Source: Candidatus Aminicenantales bacterium
Lineage (GTDB): Bacteria > Acidobacteriota > Aminicenantia > Aminicenantales > Saccharicenantaceae
Direction: 5' to 3'
NCBI GenBank assembly: GCA_049512315.1
Contig: JBEKXF010000032.1
Coordinates: 1 to 35,319 of the forward strand
Length of the DNA: 35,319 nt
The notes below the pieces were generated by a model. The model searched no databases and was not told the DNA's origin. It saw only the letters and a program-made list of their open reading frames with translations. Shown here piece by piece: positions 26,223 through 35,151 of the stretch. Both the position numbers and the translations under genes were made by a program. Each line of letters opens with the position of its first letter. The first letter of the stretch is position 1.

Positions 26223-28463
26223 ATGAAGAATCTTTCAAGATGGATTTGGATGATGGCCCTTGTTCCCTGGTTTCTTGGCAGCTCATCGCAGGCTCAGAAT
26301 GCCCCGATGGGCCGGGCCCTGGAAAAGCAGTTTGATTCCCATCTCTCTCCGGCGGATCTCAGGGCCAGAATGAAGCGACTCAGCGCACGTCCTCACCATG
26401 TCGGTTCTCCTTATGATAAGGAAAACGCCGAGTTCATTCTTTCCCAGTACAAAACGTGGGGATTCGATGCCCGCATCGAAGAGTTCAGCGCCTTGTTTCC
26501 AACTCCCAAGACGCGCCTGCTGGAGATGACCGCCCCCGTCACCTACACGGCGGTCCTGAAAGAGTCGCCCCTGAAGGAAGATAGCACCTTGAACGAGGTC
26601 GCCGAACAGCTGGCGACCTATAACGCCTACTCCATTGACGGCGATGTGACCGGTGACCTCATCTACGTGAATTACGGAATCCCCTCCGACTACGATGAGC
26701 TCGAGAGGATGGGGATCGATGTTCAGGGCAAGATCGTCATCACCCGTTACGGCGGATCCTGGAGAGGGATTAAGCCGAAGGTGGCCGCAGAGCACGGGGC
26801 GATCGGCTGTCTGATCTATTCCGATCCGAAAGACGACGGCTTCTACGTCGGCGATGTCTATCCCAAAGGCGCCTGGAGGAACGAATTCGGCGTCCAGCGG
26901 GGATCGGTCGCAGATATGCCCGTCTACCCCGGCGATCCGTCGACGCCTTTTATCGGGGCGACACCGGGAGTGAAGCGCCTCCCCCTCAAGGAGATCAAGG
27001 TCCTGACGAAAATACCGGTTCTTCCGATCTCCTATCATGACGCTCTTCCCCTGCTTCAATCCTTGACCGGGCCGGTGGCACCGGACCATTGGAAAGGGGC
27101 TCTGCCCGTGACCTATCATGTCGGTCCGGGGCCGGCCAAGGTTCATCTGAAACTGGAGTTCAACTGGGATATCAAGCCGATCTATGACGTCATCGCCATG
27201 ATCAGGGGGAGCCTTTACCCGGATCAATGGATCATCCGGGGAAATCACCATGACGGGTGGGTGAACGGGGCGGAAGATCCTCTCAGCGGACAGGTGGCGA
27301 CGATGGAGGAGGGCAAGGCCTTTGGCGAACTGGTCAAAAGCGGCTGGAGGCCGAAACGGACCATCGTCTATTGCGCCTGGGACGGAGAAGAGCCGGGATT
27401 GATCGGCTCCACAGAATGGGTGGAAACTCACGCCGACGAATTGCGGCAAAAGGCGGTGGCCTACATCAATTCCGATTCCAACGGGCGAGGGTTTATCTTT
27501 ATAGACGGATCGCAGACGCTCCAGCAGTTCATCAACGATGTCGCCCGCGATGTCCTCGACCCCGAAAAGAATGTCAGCGTCTGGGAGAGGGCGAGGGCCG
27601 CCAGGCTTCTGGCCAGCCCTCCCGGGGAGAAAAAGGACATCCGGTCCGCGAAGGATTTGAAGATCGGCGCTCTGGGATCCGGTTCCGATTTCACGCCTTT
27701 CCTTCAACACATTGGCATTGCGTCCCTGAATATCGGCTATGGCGGTGAAAGTGAAGGAGGCGCCTACCATTCCATCTACGATTCTTTCGATCATTTTATG
27801 CGCTTTGGAGATCCGACGTTCGCCTACGGGGTGGCTCTCGCCCAGACCGGCGGACATGCCGTCCTGCGTCTGGCGGACGCCGATATCCTTCCCTTCAACT
27901 TCTCGGATTTTGCGGAAACCGTGTCCGGGTACCTGAACCAGGTCAAGTCCCTGACTCAGAACATGAGGGAAGAGACGCTCGAATTGGACCGGGAGCTCGA
28001 GGACAATGTGTTCGCCGAGGTGGCCGATCCGGCCAAAATCTATCGGGCGCCCAAAGCCCAGGATCCGGTTCCGTACTTGAATTTCGCGCCGCTCGAGAAT
28101 GCCGTCGGCACCGTCCGAAAGAGCGCGGAGGAATATCAGAAAGCGAGGCATGATCTCGAGGACAGCGGGAGGAAACTGGCCGGCAACCAGCAGATGCATC
28201 TGAACGAGATCATCTTCAGGACCGAGCGGGCGCTCACAAAGCCCGAGGGATTGAAAGGACGTCCCTGGTTCATCCACGAAATCTACGCGCCGGGCTTTTA
28301 CACGGGCTACAGCGTGAAAACACTTCCGGGCGTCCGGGAGGCCATCGAACAACGACAGTGGGAAGAAGCTGACCAGCAGATGATCGTGGTCGCGAACACG
28401 CTGGAAGCTTATTCACGGGAAATCCGTCAGGCGACGGCTATCCTCCAATCCGCGCTGAAATAG
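26223..28463 (+). CDS. Secreted M28B glutamate carboxypeptidase II-like peptidase (PA and TfR-dimer domains)
   Basis: PHHVGS, YVNYG, YSDP.DDG, VQRGSV, GNHHDGW, D..SG, WDGEE.GLIGSTEW, GSGSDF, YHSIYD, LPGVREAI. Confidence 0.95.
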   Translation: MKNLSRWIWMMALVPWFLGSSSQAQNAPMGRALEKQFDSHLSPADLRARMKRLSARPHHVGSPYDKENAEFILSQYKTWGFDARIEEFSALFPTPKTRLLEMTAPVTYTAVLKESPLKEDSTLNEVAEQLATYNAYSIDGDVTGDLIYVNYGIPSDYDELERMGIDVQGKIVITRYGGSWRGIKPKVAAEHGAIGCLIYSDPKDDGFYVGDVYPKGAWRNEFGVQRGSVADMPVYPGDPSTPFIGATPGVKRLPLKEIKVLTKIPVLPISYHDALPLLQSLTGPVAPDHWKGALPVTYHVGPGPAKVHLKLEFNWDIKPIYDVIAMIRGSLYPDQWIIRGNHHDGWVNGAEDPLSGQVATMEEGKAFGELVKSGWRPKRTIVYCAWDGEEPGLIGSTEWVETHADELRQKAVAYINSDSNGRGFIFIDGSQTLQQFINDVARDVLDPEKNVSVWERARAARLLASPPGEKKDIRSAKDLKIGALGSGSDFTPFLQHIGIASLNIGYGGESEGGAYHSIYDSFDHFMRFGDPTFAYGVALAQTGGHAVLRLADADILPFNFSDFAETVSGYLNQVKSLTQNMREETLELDRELEDNVFAEVADPAKIYRAPKAQDPVPYLNFAPLENAVGTVRKSAEEYQKARHDLEDSGRKLAGNQQMHLNEIIFRTERALTKPEGLKGRPWFIHEIYAPGFYTGYSVKTLPGVREAIEQRQWEEADQQMIVVANTLEAYSREIRQATAILQSALK

Positions 28464-28477
28464 AGGAGCTTGAGAAA

Positions 28478-30105
28478 ATGAAAATCATTGGCTATGGTCA
28501 TCGAATTTTATGGGTGTTGGTTCTTTTATTCCTGGTCTCCCGGCTGAGCTTCCCTTGTACTTCCATTATCGTCACTAAGGGTGCCTCAGCCGATGGTTCG
28601 GTCATCATTACTTATTCCTGTGATGGAGAATTTCTTCCCAGGCTTCGGCTTTATCCGGCAGCTGACCATGGAGTTGGGGAAAAAGCTGAAATCATGGGAT
28701 TCAGAGGAAAACGTGGCGAGATTCCTGAGGTTGCTCATACTTATAAAGTCCTTGACCTGATGAATGAATTTCAGGGGCCATCGGCGAGACGACCTTTGAC
28801 GGTCGCCTGGAGCTTGTCAACCCGGCTGGCTTGCTCGATTACCCTCAGTTGATGGTCCTGGCTCTGCAGCGGGCCAAGACAGCCCGAGAAGCCATTAAGG
28901 TCATGACCGACCTGGTCGAGGAATACGGTTATGAAAGCAGCGGAGAATCCTTTTCCATCGCCGATAAAGATGAAGCTTGGATTATGGAGATGATCGGAAC
29001 GGGTCAGGGCGGACACGGTGCGATTTGGGTAGCCCAGAGGATTCCGGATGGCATGATCTGTGCTCATGCCAACATGTCCCGGATAGGTGAATTTCCTCTC
29101 CAAGACCCTGAAAACTGCCTTTATTCCAAAAACGTCGTCTCTTTTGCCATGGAGAAAGGCTATTACAATCCAAAGAGTGGTCCCTTCAATTTCTCCCTGG
29201 TCTATAACCCGCCCACTGAACAGCAGGTCAAATATTCGGCCCGAAGAGTCTGGAGCATTTTCCGGCGCGCCGCCTCATCCCTGGACCTTTCTCCTGACTA
29301 CAGTTCCTCGGTCAAAAATGCCAAACCTTATCCTCTCTGGATCAAGCCGGACCGCAAGCTTTCTGTTCGTGACGTCATGGCTCTCCATCGGGATCATTAT
29401 GAAGGGACTCCCTTTGATATGACCAAAGATCTGACAGCCGGTCCTTTTGGAGCAGCGGATCGCTGGCGGCCGATCAGCTGGAAAGTGGATGGCCAGGATT
29501 ATTCCTGGGAACGCCCTATCTCCGCCCAGCAGGTGGCCTTTATTTTTGTCTCTCAGGCAAGGTCTTTTGTCCCCGACGCTGTGGGTGGTGTCTACTGGTA
29601 CGGAATGGATAATCCCTTTACCAATTTCTTTGTCCCGCTTTATACCAGCATAACCGATATCCCTGAAGCCTACACCAAGGGTTCCATGCAAGCTTTTAGC
29701 CGCGATTCCGCCTGGTGGACATTCAATTTTGTCGCCAACTATGCCAATTTACGCTACAGTGACATGATTCAGGATATTCAGAAAGTCCAGAAGGAAATCG
29801 AGGATCTGGAGTTTAACCTTCAACCGGCCATGGAACAAGCAGCCCTGAACTTAAACAGTCCCAATCCGCAGATGATTCCGGCTCTTCTGACGCGCTATTG
29901 CCTTTCCAATGCCCAGATGAACTTAGACCGCTGGTGGAAGCTGGCTGATTTTCTCATAACCAAATATAACGATGGTTATGTTCATGGCGAGCAAGGACGA
30001 CCGCGAGAAATTGGCTATCCCGAAAAGTGGCTGCGTGAGGAAATTAAGAAAAATCCTGAAAAGTTTACTCTCAAAGAGAAACATAACACGGAAAAAGAAC
30101 TTTAA
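28478..30105 (+). pseudogene. C69 dipeptidase (Ntn-hydrolase) split by a 1-nt deletion at ~28775 (pseudogene or assembly error)
   Basis: First frame: signal peptide + CTSIIVTKGASADGS...MNEFQ. Second frame resumes AIGETTFDGR.EL...ALQRAKTAREAI..GYESSGESFSIAD..EAW.MEM. Confidence 0.88.
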
Positions 30106-30136
30106 GCGTCAGGACACGTCTCTTCAACGAAGCCGT

Positions 30137-31648
30137 TCATTTCCCGCCCGCCACCGCTGCCACGACATCAAAGAGAATCTTCGGCCCGCGCCGCACTTCT
30201 TCCACCCGAATGCGTTCGTTGTTGCCGTGCTCGGTGTTGCCTTCCTCCTCCGTTGAGGCATAGGGAGTGAAACCGTAGGACTGGACGCCCAGCGGCCGGT
30301 AGCGCTGGTTCTCGGTGTAACCGCTCGTGATGTTCGGGAGGACCGGTGTCCCGGGGAAATACTTTGCCGAAACCTGGCGAATGGCGGTGAACAAGGCCGT
30401 ATCCGTGGGCGAAGAATTGGCTACGCGGAACTCCTCGTCCAACGGTTCGATCGTCACATTGGGATCGTTCACCACCCGCCGCAACGCCTCCAGCAACGCT
30501 TTCGGGTCCCCTCCCGGCAGGATGCGCACGTCCAGATTCGCCCATGCTTCCGGGGGAATCACGTTGGTTTGCTGGGAGCCCCCCATCATGGTCAGCGAAA
30601 TTGTGTCGCGCAGCAGGAAGTTCAGGGATTCGTCGTGTTCGACTGCCTCCTGGAATTTCTTGTCTTCGAGGGCCTTGCGGATGTTGCGGTACTGGCCCGC
30701 CCGCTCTGTCGGTTCTGATGGCGCCATGTCGCGCAGGAATTCATCGACCACGGGCAGCACTCGGAGTGGCGTGCGATAGGCCAGAATGCGATCGAGCGCC
30801 CGGACCAGCCGGTTCGGCGCGGAATCTGAATTCGGGCGCGATCCATGCCCCGGCCGTCCATGAGCGACAACGTGCAACCAAAAAGTGGTCTTCTCGCCCA
30901 CGTCCACGCCGACGTATTTGACCTTGTCATTCTCCAGCAGGTTCTCGCCGCCTTCGTTGATCAGGAATTCCGCGTTCTCCAGCAGGTCGCGCTGGTGGGC
31001 GATAAACCAATCGGTGCCGGTGTCGCCGACCTCTTCATCGCTAACGGCGAGAAAGATCACGTCGCGGTCCAGCGGGAGTTTCTCGCGTTTCAGCATGACC
31101 ATGACCACCAGTTGCGCCAGACCTTCATCTTTCATGTCCTGGGCGCCACGGCCCCAGAGGTAGCCGTCCTTGATCTCTCCGCTGAAGGGCGGAACTCGCC
31201 AGTGCGAGGCGTCGCTGGTCACCACGTCCATGTGGTTCAGCAGAATGATGGGACGCTTGGCTTCTGCCGTGGCATGCGGCAGGCGCGCCCACAGATCGCC
31301 GCGTCCCGGAGAGTACTCGAAGGCGCGGTTCTCGATTCCCTCGTCATCGAGGATCTTCTTGAAGAAAGAAACCGCGCGCATTTCGTTGCCAGGGGGATTG
31401 GTGGTGTCGATGCGCAAGTACTGCTGCATCCATGTCAGCGCGAGATCGGCGTACTGCTGCAGATGCTCCGCGGGGACGCGCGAAGATGCCAGAACGTAGG
31501 GCGATTCCTCACTCGAGATGGGTCTCGCGGCCGCTCCCCGGACAAAACTTACCCCACACAACACGGCTGCACAGGCCGCAAGTCCCAGCAAGAGTCGTTC
31601 CCGAAAGCCTGCCAACCGGCGGTTGCTGCCTACCCAGCCCAGGCTCAT
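30137..31648 (-). CDS. M20/M25/M40 metallopeptidase (ArgE/DapE/Acy1-like), start uncertain (31648 or 31693)
   Basis: IDTTNPPGNE, LLNHMDVV, WGRGAQDMK, SDEE, NEGG, GHGS, NVIP, HGNNERI. Confidence 0.93.
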   Translation of the reverse strand: MSLGWVGSNRRLAGFRERLLLGLAACAAVLCGVSFVRGAAARPISSEESPYVLASSRVPAEHLQQYADLALTWMQQYLRIDTTNPPGNEMRAVSFFKKILDDEGIENRAFEYSPGRGDLWARLPHATAEAKRPIILLNHMDVVTSDASHWRVPPFSGEIKDGYLWGRGAQDMKDEGLAQLVVMVMLKREKLPLDRDVIFLAVSDEEVGDTGTDWFIAHQRDLLENAEFLINEGGENLLENDKVKYVGVDVGEKTTFWLHVVAHGRPGHGSRPNSDSAPNRLVRALDRILAYRTPLRVLPVVDEFLRDMAPSEPTERAGQYRNIRKALEDKKFQEAVEHDESLNFLLRDTISLTMMGGSQQTNVIPPEAWANLDVRILPGGDPKALLEALRRVVNDPNVTIEPLDEEFRVANSSPTDTALFTAIRQVSAKYFPGTPVLPNITSGYTENQRYRPLGVQSYGFTPYASTEEEGNTEHGNNERIRVEEVRRGPKILFDVVAAVAGGK

Positions 31649-31718
31649 AGTTCCCAAATTTCGCCTCCCCCGACCTAACAATGGACCTAACATTTGCGCG
31701 CAGTTTTCATATCAGGTT

Positions 31719-31740
31719 TATTGATAGGAAATTTATTTTC
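31719..31740 (-). mobile_element. IS91/ISCR oriIS-like end motif facing the M20 gene
   Basis: GAAAATAAATTTCCTATCAATA on the minus strand, similar to the recalled oriIS core AA(T)TTCCTAT. Confidence 0.4.
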
Positions 31741-31977
31741 GGAGTTCGTGCCGCACGGAATCGCCGCCCTTCGGGCTCGCAACCGATGCCTCCATGACGA
31801 AATGATGATATTCCCGGCCACGGGTCCAAGTCAATTAGCCTTTCCGCGGGCAGAGACGAGGTTCTTCTGAGGGCCCTTTAGGAAAAAATATAGGGGAGCG
31901 GGAGTCCATCGTCTTTCGGTCGGCCCGAGAGCAATTCTAGTCTCCGCACGCTCTTCAGATTCCGCTTGTTACGGTTA

Positions 31978-32007
31978 TTGACATCGGCGCACGGCCGGCG
32001 ATACAAT
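31978..32007 (+). promoter_or_regulatory. sigma70 promoter upstream of PIG-L/GT4
   Basis: TTGACA, 18 nt, TACAAT. Confidence 0.65.
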
Positions 32008-32061
32008 TCCGGCATGACCAGGGGAGAGATTCGTCACGCGGAGTGAGAATTCAGCCCGCAC

Positions 32062-32082
32062 GGAAAAAGGAAAATCCTATCC
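32062..32082 (+). mobile_element. IS91/ISCR oriIS-like end motif facing the PIG-L gene
   Basis: GGAAAAAGGAAAATCCTATCC downstream of an outward-reading promoter. Confidence 0.35.
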
Positions 32083-32120
32083 GTTGATCCCACCATGCCG
32101 AATGGCTGCCAGAGAAAACG

Positions 32121-33089
32121 ATGATGATCAAATATTATCGGGCCGTTTTCCTTTCACCCCACCTCGATGACGCTGTGTTTTCCTGTGGGGGAAGCATCGC
32201 GAAGCTTGCTGGCGAGGGACCGATCCTAGTCCTGAACGTATTCAGCTCTTATCCCGCCGAAGTTCGCCGGGGGCCGGTCGTGATTTCACGGGAAAGGTTC
32301 GACGAGGACGCCAAGGCGGCGGCGCTACTCGGTTTCACGACCGAGAACCTGGATGAAGTCGATGCCGCGCTTCGCCATCCCGCCTACCGATCTCCAGCAA
32401 ATCTGTTCCGCCCCCCGGTTCCGGAGGATATCGATCGCCTGGCAGCGACGTCCGCCAGGATTGGCGATTTTCTATCCTCCATACATTACGATGCCATCTA
32501 CCTGCCTCTCGGCATCGGCTGGCACGTCGATCACGTCTTGTCTCACCTCGCCACCAAGCATCTGCACGGACTGCCGAGCACTTATTTTTGTGAGGATGCG
32601 CCGTATTGCTTGATCCCGAATGCCACTCAGTATCGATTAAGGGAACTTGGGAAGATCGCGGATGAGCATGCGGATGGTGCGCTCTCCCCGCGGAGCTTCG
32701 CTCAGGAGTGGTATGAGACAAGCGCGGACTGCGCGACCCTGGCGCCGATCAAGACAATGGCTTGGCCGGAGCGAGGGGTGGCGGCCCTGGTGGTTGCGCT
32801 CTACCTGAGAACTCTTCTCGCGAAGCATCGGAGTATGAGGAGAGAGCGCGAAGCTGAATATACCCTCAAGCCCATGGTACAAAGTATCACAGGACACTTC
32901 GACGCAAAGATCGAAGCCTGCTATCGCTACGAATCGCAGATCAGCCAGTTCTCCGTCAGCCGCACGGATTGCGTTGCGCGCTACCGCAGGTACTCGAAGT
33001 CGATGGTGGTGGGCCCCGCGGATGCGCCGGCGGACATGTATGAGCGATTTTGGCAATTGGAAGGCGCCAGCGTCGGCAGTGGAAACTGA
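32121..33089 (+). CDS. PIG-L/LmbE-family de-N-acetylase
   Basis: SPHLDDAVFSCGG, R..ED, PLGIG.HVDH, EDAPY, K..A...YESQ, ERFW. Confidence 0.9.
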   Translation: MMIKYYRAVFLSPHLDDAVFSCGGSIAKLAGEGPILVLNVFSSYPAEVRRGPVVISRERFDEDAKAAALLGFTTENLDEVDAALRHPAYRSPANLFRPPVPEDIDRLAATSARIGDFLSSIHYDAIYLPLGIGWHVDHVLSHLATKHLHGLPSTYFCEDAPYCLIPNATQYRLRELGKIADEHADGALSPRSFAQEWYETSADCATLAPIKTMAWPERGVAALVVALYLRTLLAKHRSMRREREAEYTLKPMVQSITGHFDAKIEACYRYESQISQFSVSRTDCVARYRRYSKSMVVGPADAPADMYERFWQLEGASVGSGN

Positions 33090-33183
33090 TCTGTCTCGTG
33101 CATGCGATTGGCGCCTCAGGTCTGCCAGGGCACCCCGTAATGCAGTTGCGTCGACATCTTTTCATCGCAAAATTTCTTGAGTG

Positions 33184-34356
33184 ATGGCCAATTCGGATTC
33201 AGTCAGCATCTGTCTCTGCTCTGACGACTTCCTTCCCGCGGTCACGGGAGCCGGGACACACGTCCAACGGATCACCGAAGAACTGGTCCGGCGGGGGCAT
33301 CGGGTTTCAATCATTACGACCCGGCGGTCCGGACAGCCACACCGTGAAGTCTGGCAGGGAGCAAACGTTCATCGCGTATTCAGCGTGAGCATTCGCGGTT
33401 ACTACCAGGCCTTCCCCTCCGCATCAACGATCACCCGGATACTGGAGGAAAACTCCGTCGCGATCCTCCATCATCATTACTTGGGAGTAATGATGATGCG
33501 GGCGGAAAAGGTGGCACGGCGTCTGGGTTTGCCGCAGGTGTATACCTACCACATGCCGGTTGACGTCCTTGTCCAGTGGTGGCCGATGCAGATGTTCCGC
33601 CCGCTCTTCAGTCGTATAATCGTGGATTACTGCAACAAGTTCGACTTGATCATCTCCCCGTCGCTCAACCTGGCCGAGCGGATTCGGGAAGAGGGTGTCC
33701 GCACACCCATCCGACATATCACGAACCCCGTAGTGTTCAATCCGGCAGCTCACGTCGAACCCGTTCCGCGACCGGCTCCCTTCATGGTGCTTTTCGCAGG
33801 CAGGCTCGAGCCGGAAAAGAACATCCGGTTCCTCCTGGAAGGCTTCCGCTCGGCGCTCAACACGGGCCTGAGAGCCGGGTTGTGGATAGCCGGCACGGGC
33901 AGCCAGCAACGCCGGCTCGAGTCCGTCTGCAAGAGTCTGGGCATCAGCGAACATGTGCACTTCCTGGGACAGGTGGAACATTCGCGGCTTGGCAATTATT
34001 ACGCCGCTTGCGATGTGTTCGTTCTGCCGTCCTTGGTCGAAACCCAGGGGCTCGTTGCGATGGAAGCGATGCGTTTCGCGCGGCCGGTGATTGTGACTCG
34101 GTCAATCGTGGCGGCGCGGGAACTCGTCGATGAGGGGGGAAACGGCTACATCGTCGATCCCGAGAACGTCGGCGAGCTCGCGGCAAGACTGCTGACCCTT
34201 GAGGCGGATCCGGATCTTCGCGAGCGTTTCGGTCAGCTTGGGAAGGAGCGGTCCTTGACGTTCGCTCCCGATGCTGTGATTCGCGCGACCGAGGATGCCT
34301 ATCGCACGGCATTGCTCTCGGGCCCTCGGGGCAGACATGCGGCGGGGTCCGCCTGA
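33184..34356 (+). CDS. GT4 glycosyltransferase (monoglucosyl-diacylglycerol synthase-like)
   Basis: D.FLP.V.G, YTYH, FAGRLEPEKN, DVFVLPSLVETQGLVAMEAM (EX7E). Confidence 0.92.
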   Translation: MANSDSVSICLCSDDFLPAVTGAGTHVQRITEELVRRGHRVSIITTRRSGQPHREVWQGANVHRVFSVSIRGYYQAFPSASTITRILEENSVAILHHHYLGVMMMRAEKVARRLGLPQVYTYHMPVDVLVQWWPMQMFRPLFSRIIVDYCNKFDLIISPSLNLAERIREEGVRTPIRHITNPVVFNPAAHVEPVPRPAPFMVLFAGRLEPEKNIRFLLEGFRSALNTGLRAGLWIAGTGSQQRRLESVCKSLGISEHVHFLGQVEHSRLGNYYAACDVFVLPSLVETQGLVAMEAMRFARPVIVTRSIVAARELVDEGGNGYIVDPENVGELAARLLTLEADPDLRERFGQLGKERSLTFAPDAVIRATEDAYRTALLSGPRGRHAAGSA

Positions 34357-34460
34357 CGGAAGGCGCCATCGTAGATGCCCGGCGCCCGAGTTACGCTCAT
34401 TTCCACGAGTGCTTGACGTCAGCGGAATTCGGACAGGGATTGATTTCTCCTAAGCTATGG

Positions 34461-34594
34461 TGACCTGCTCTCGATCAATGTACCACCTGTAAAATGGAAT
34501 ATTCAAGCCTTAGACCTGCCCCCCCCCCTTAAATCGATCCGGATATAATATGAAAAAGCATATCTGGAACTGGTCCAACGCCCCGGAAGGCTTA
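34461..34594. mobile_element. Cluster of degenerate IS3-like ends
   Basis: TGACCTGCTC...TGTACCAC (34461); TAGACCTGCCCCC...TATAAT (34511); TGGTCCAA...GGCTTA (34571-34594). Confidence 0.35.
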
Positions 34595-34784
34595 AGCGAG
34601 GCCTATTACGTCGCGAACCGGCCGTAGAAGGCCTATTCTTACCGCCTAAGCGCTCTGGGGGAACTTTCTAAGGCGAAATGGGAGTGGGCCTGTGTGGGTG
34701 GGCAGGGGTAGGAAGTGTGTCACTACTCCCTTATCCCCCTCTGTAATTAGGGGGAACTGAAGGACAGCGCTTTTGATTAAGGAT

Positions 34785-34831
34785 TGGCGGGGCCGACGAG
34801 ACTCGAACTCGCGACCTCCGGCGTGACAGGC
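34785..34831 (-). tRNA. 3' fragment of tRNA-Asp(GTC); att-site duplication, not a functional tRNA
   Basis: GCCTGTCACGCCGGAGGTCGCGAGTTCGAGTCTCGTCGGCCCCGCCA: anticodon loop, T-arm, 3' acceptor strand and CCA; no D-arm or 5' acceptor strand upstream. Confidence 0.9.
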
Positions 34832-34958
34832 AAGGGATTTTCCCCGAGATAACTTAGTGGACTAACCCAACTGTACGCACGTTGGGGAGATGGCGGGTCG
34901 GGGTAAGGGGGGACGTCTTTCGGCACTGGGCAAGGCGGTTGGCATCGAGCCCATAATA

Positions 34959-35132
34959 TAGGATCCGCTCGGCCCACTCAGGACCAAGGAGCTCGCTCCC
35001 GACAAGAAACCTGAGGACCTCCTTGACGAAGATCCCGGCCAGACGTCCATCCTCCAAGCGCGGGATCTTATGGAAGACGCTCACGTCATCCACTCCACCG
35101 TCGGTCACCAGGAAATATAGGTGGGGATGAAG
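34959..35132 (-). pseudogene. IS91-family (Y2/HUH) rolling-circle transposase internal fragment
   Basis: LHPHLYFLVTDGGVD...FHKIPRLED.RLA.IF..EVL.FLV..ELL.PEWAERIL; matches recalled HPHLH..VT.GG of IS91 transposases, with His to Tyr; no proper start or C-terminal Y2 region. Confidence 0.75.
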
Positions 35133-35151
35133 ACTCTCGTTTTCCTTGATG

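Noticed and set aside
34785..34860. Complete tRNA-Asp gene
   Set aside because: No D-arm or 5' acceptor strand; only the 3' 47 nt are tRNA-like.
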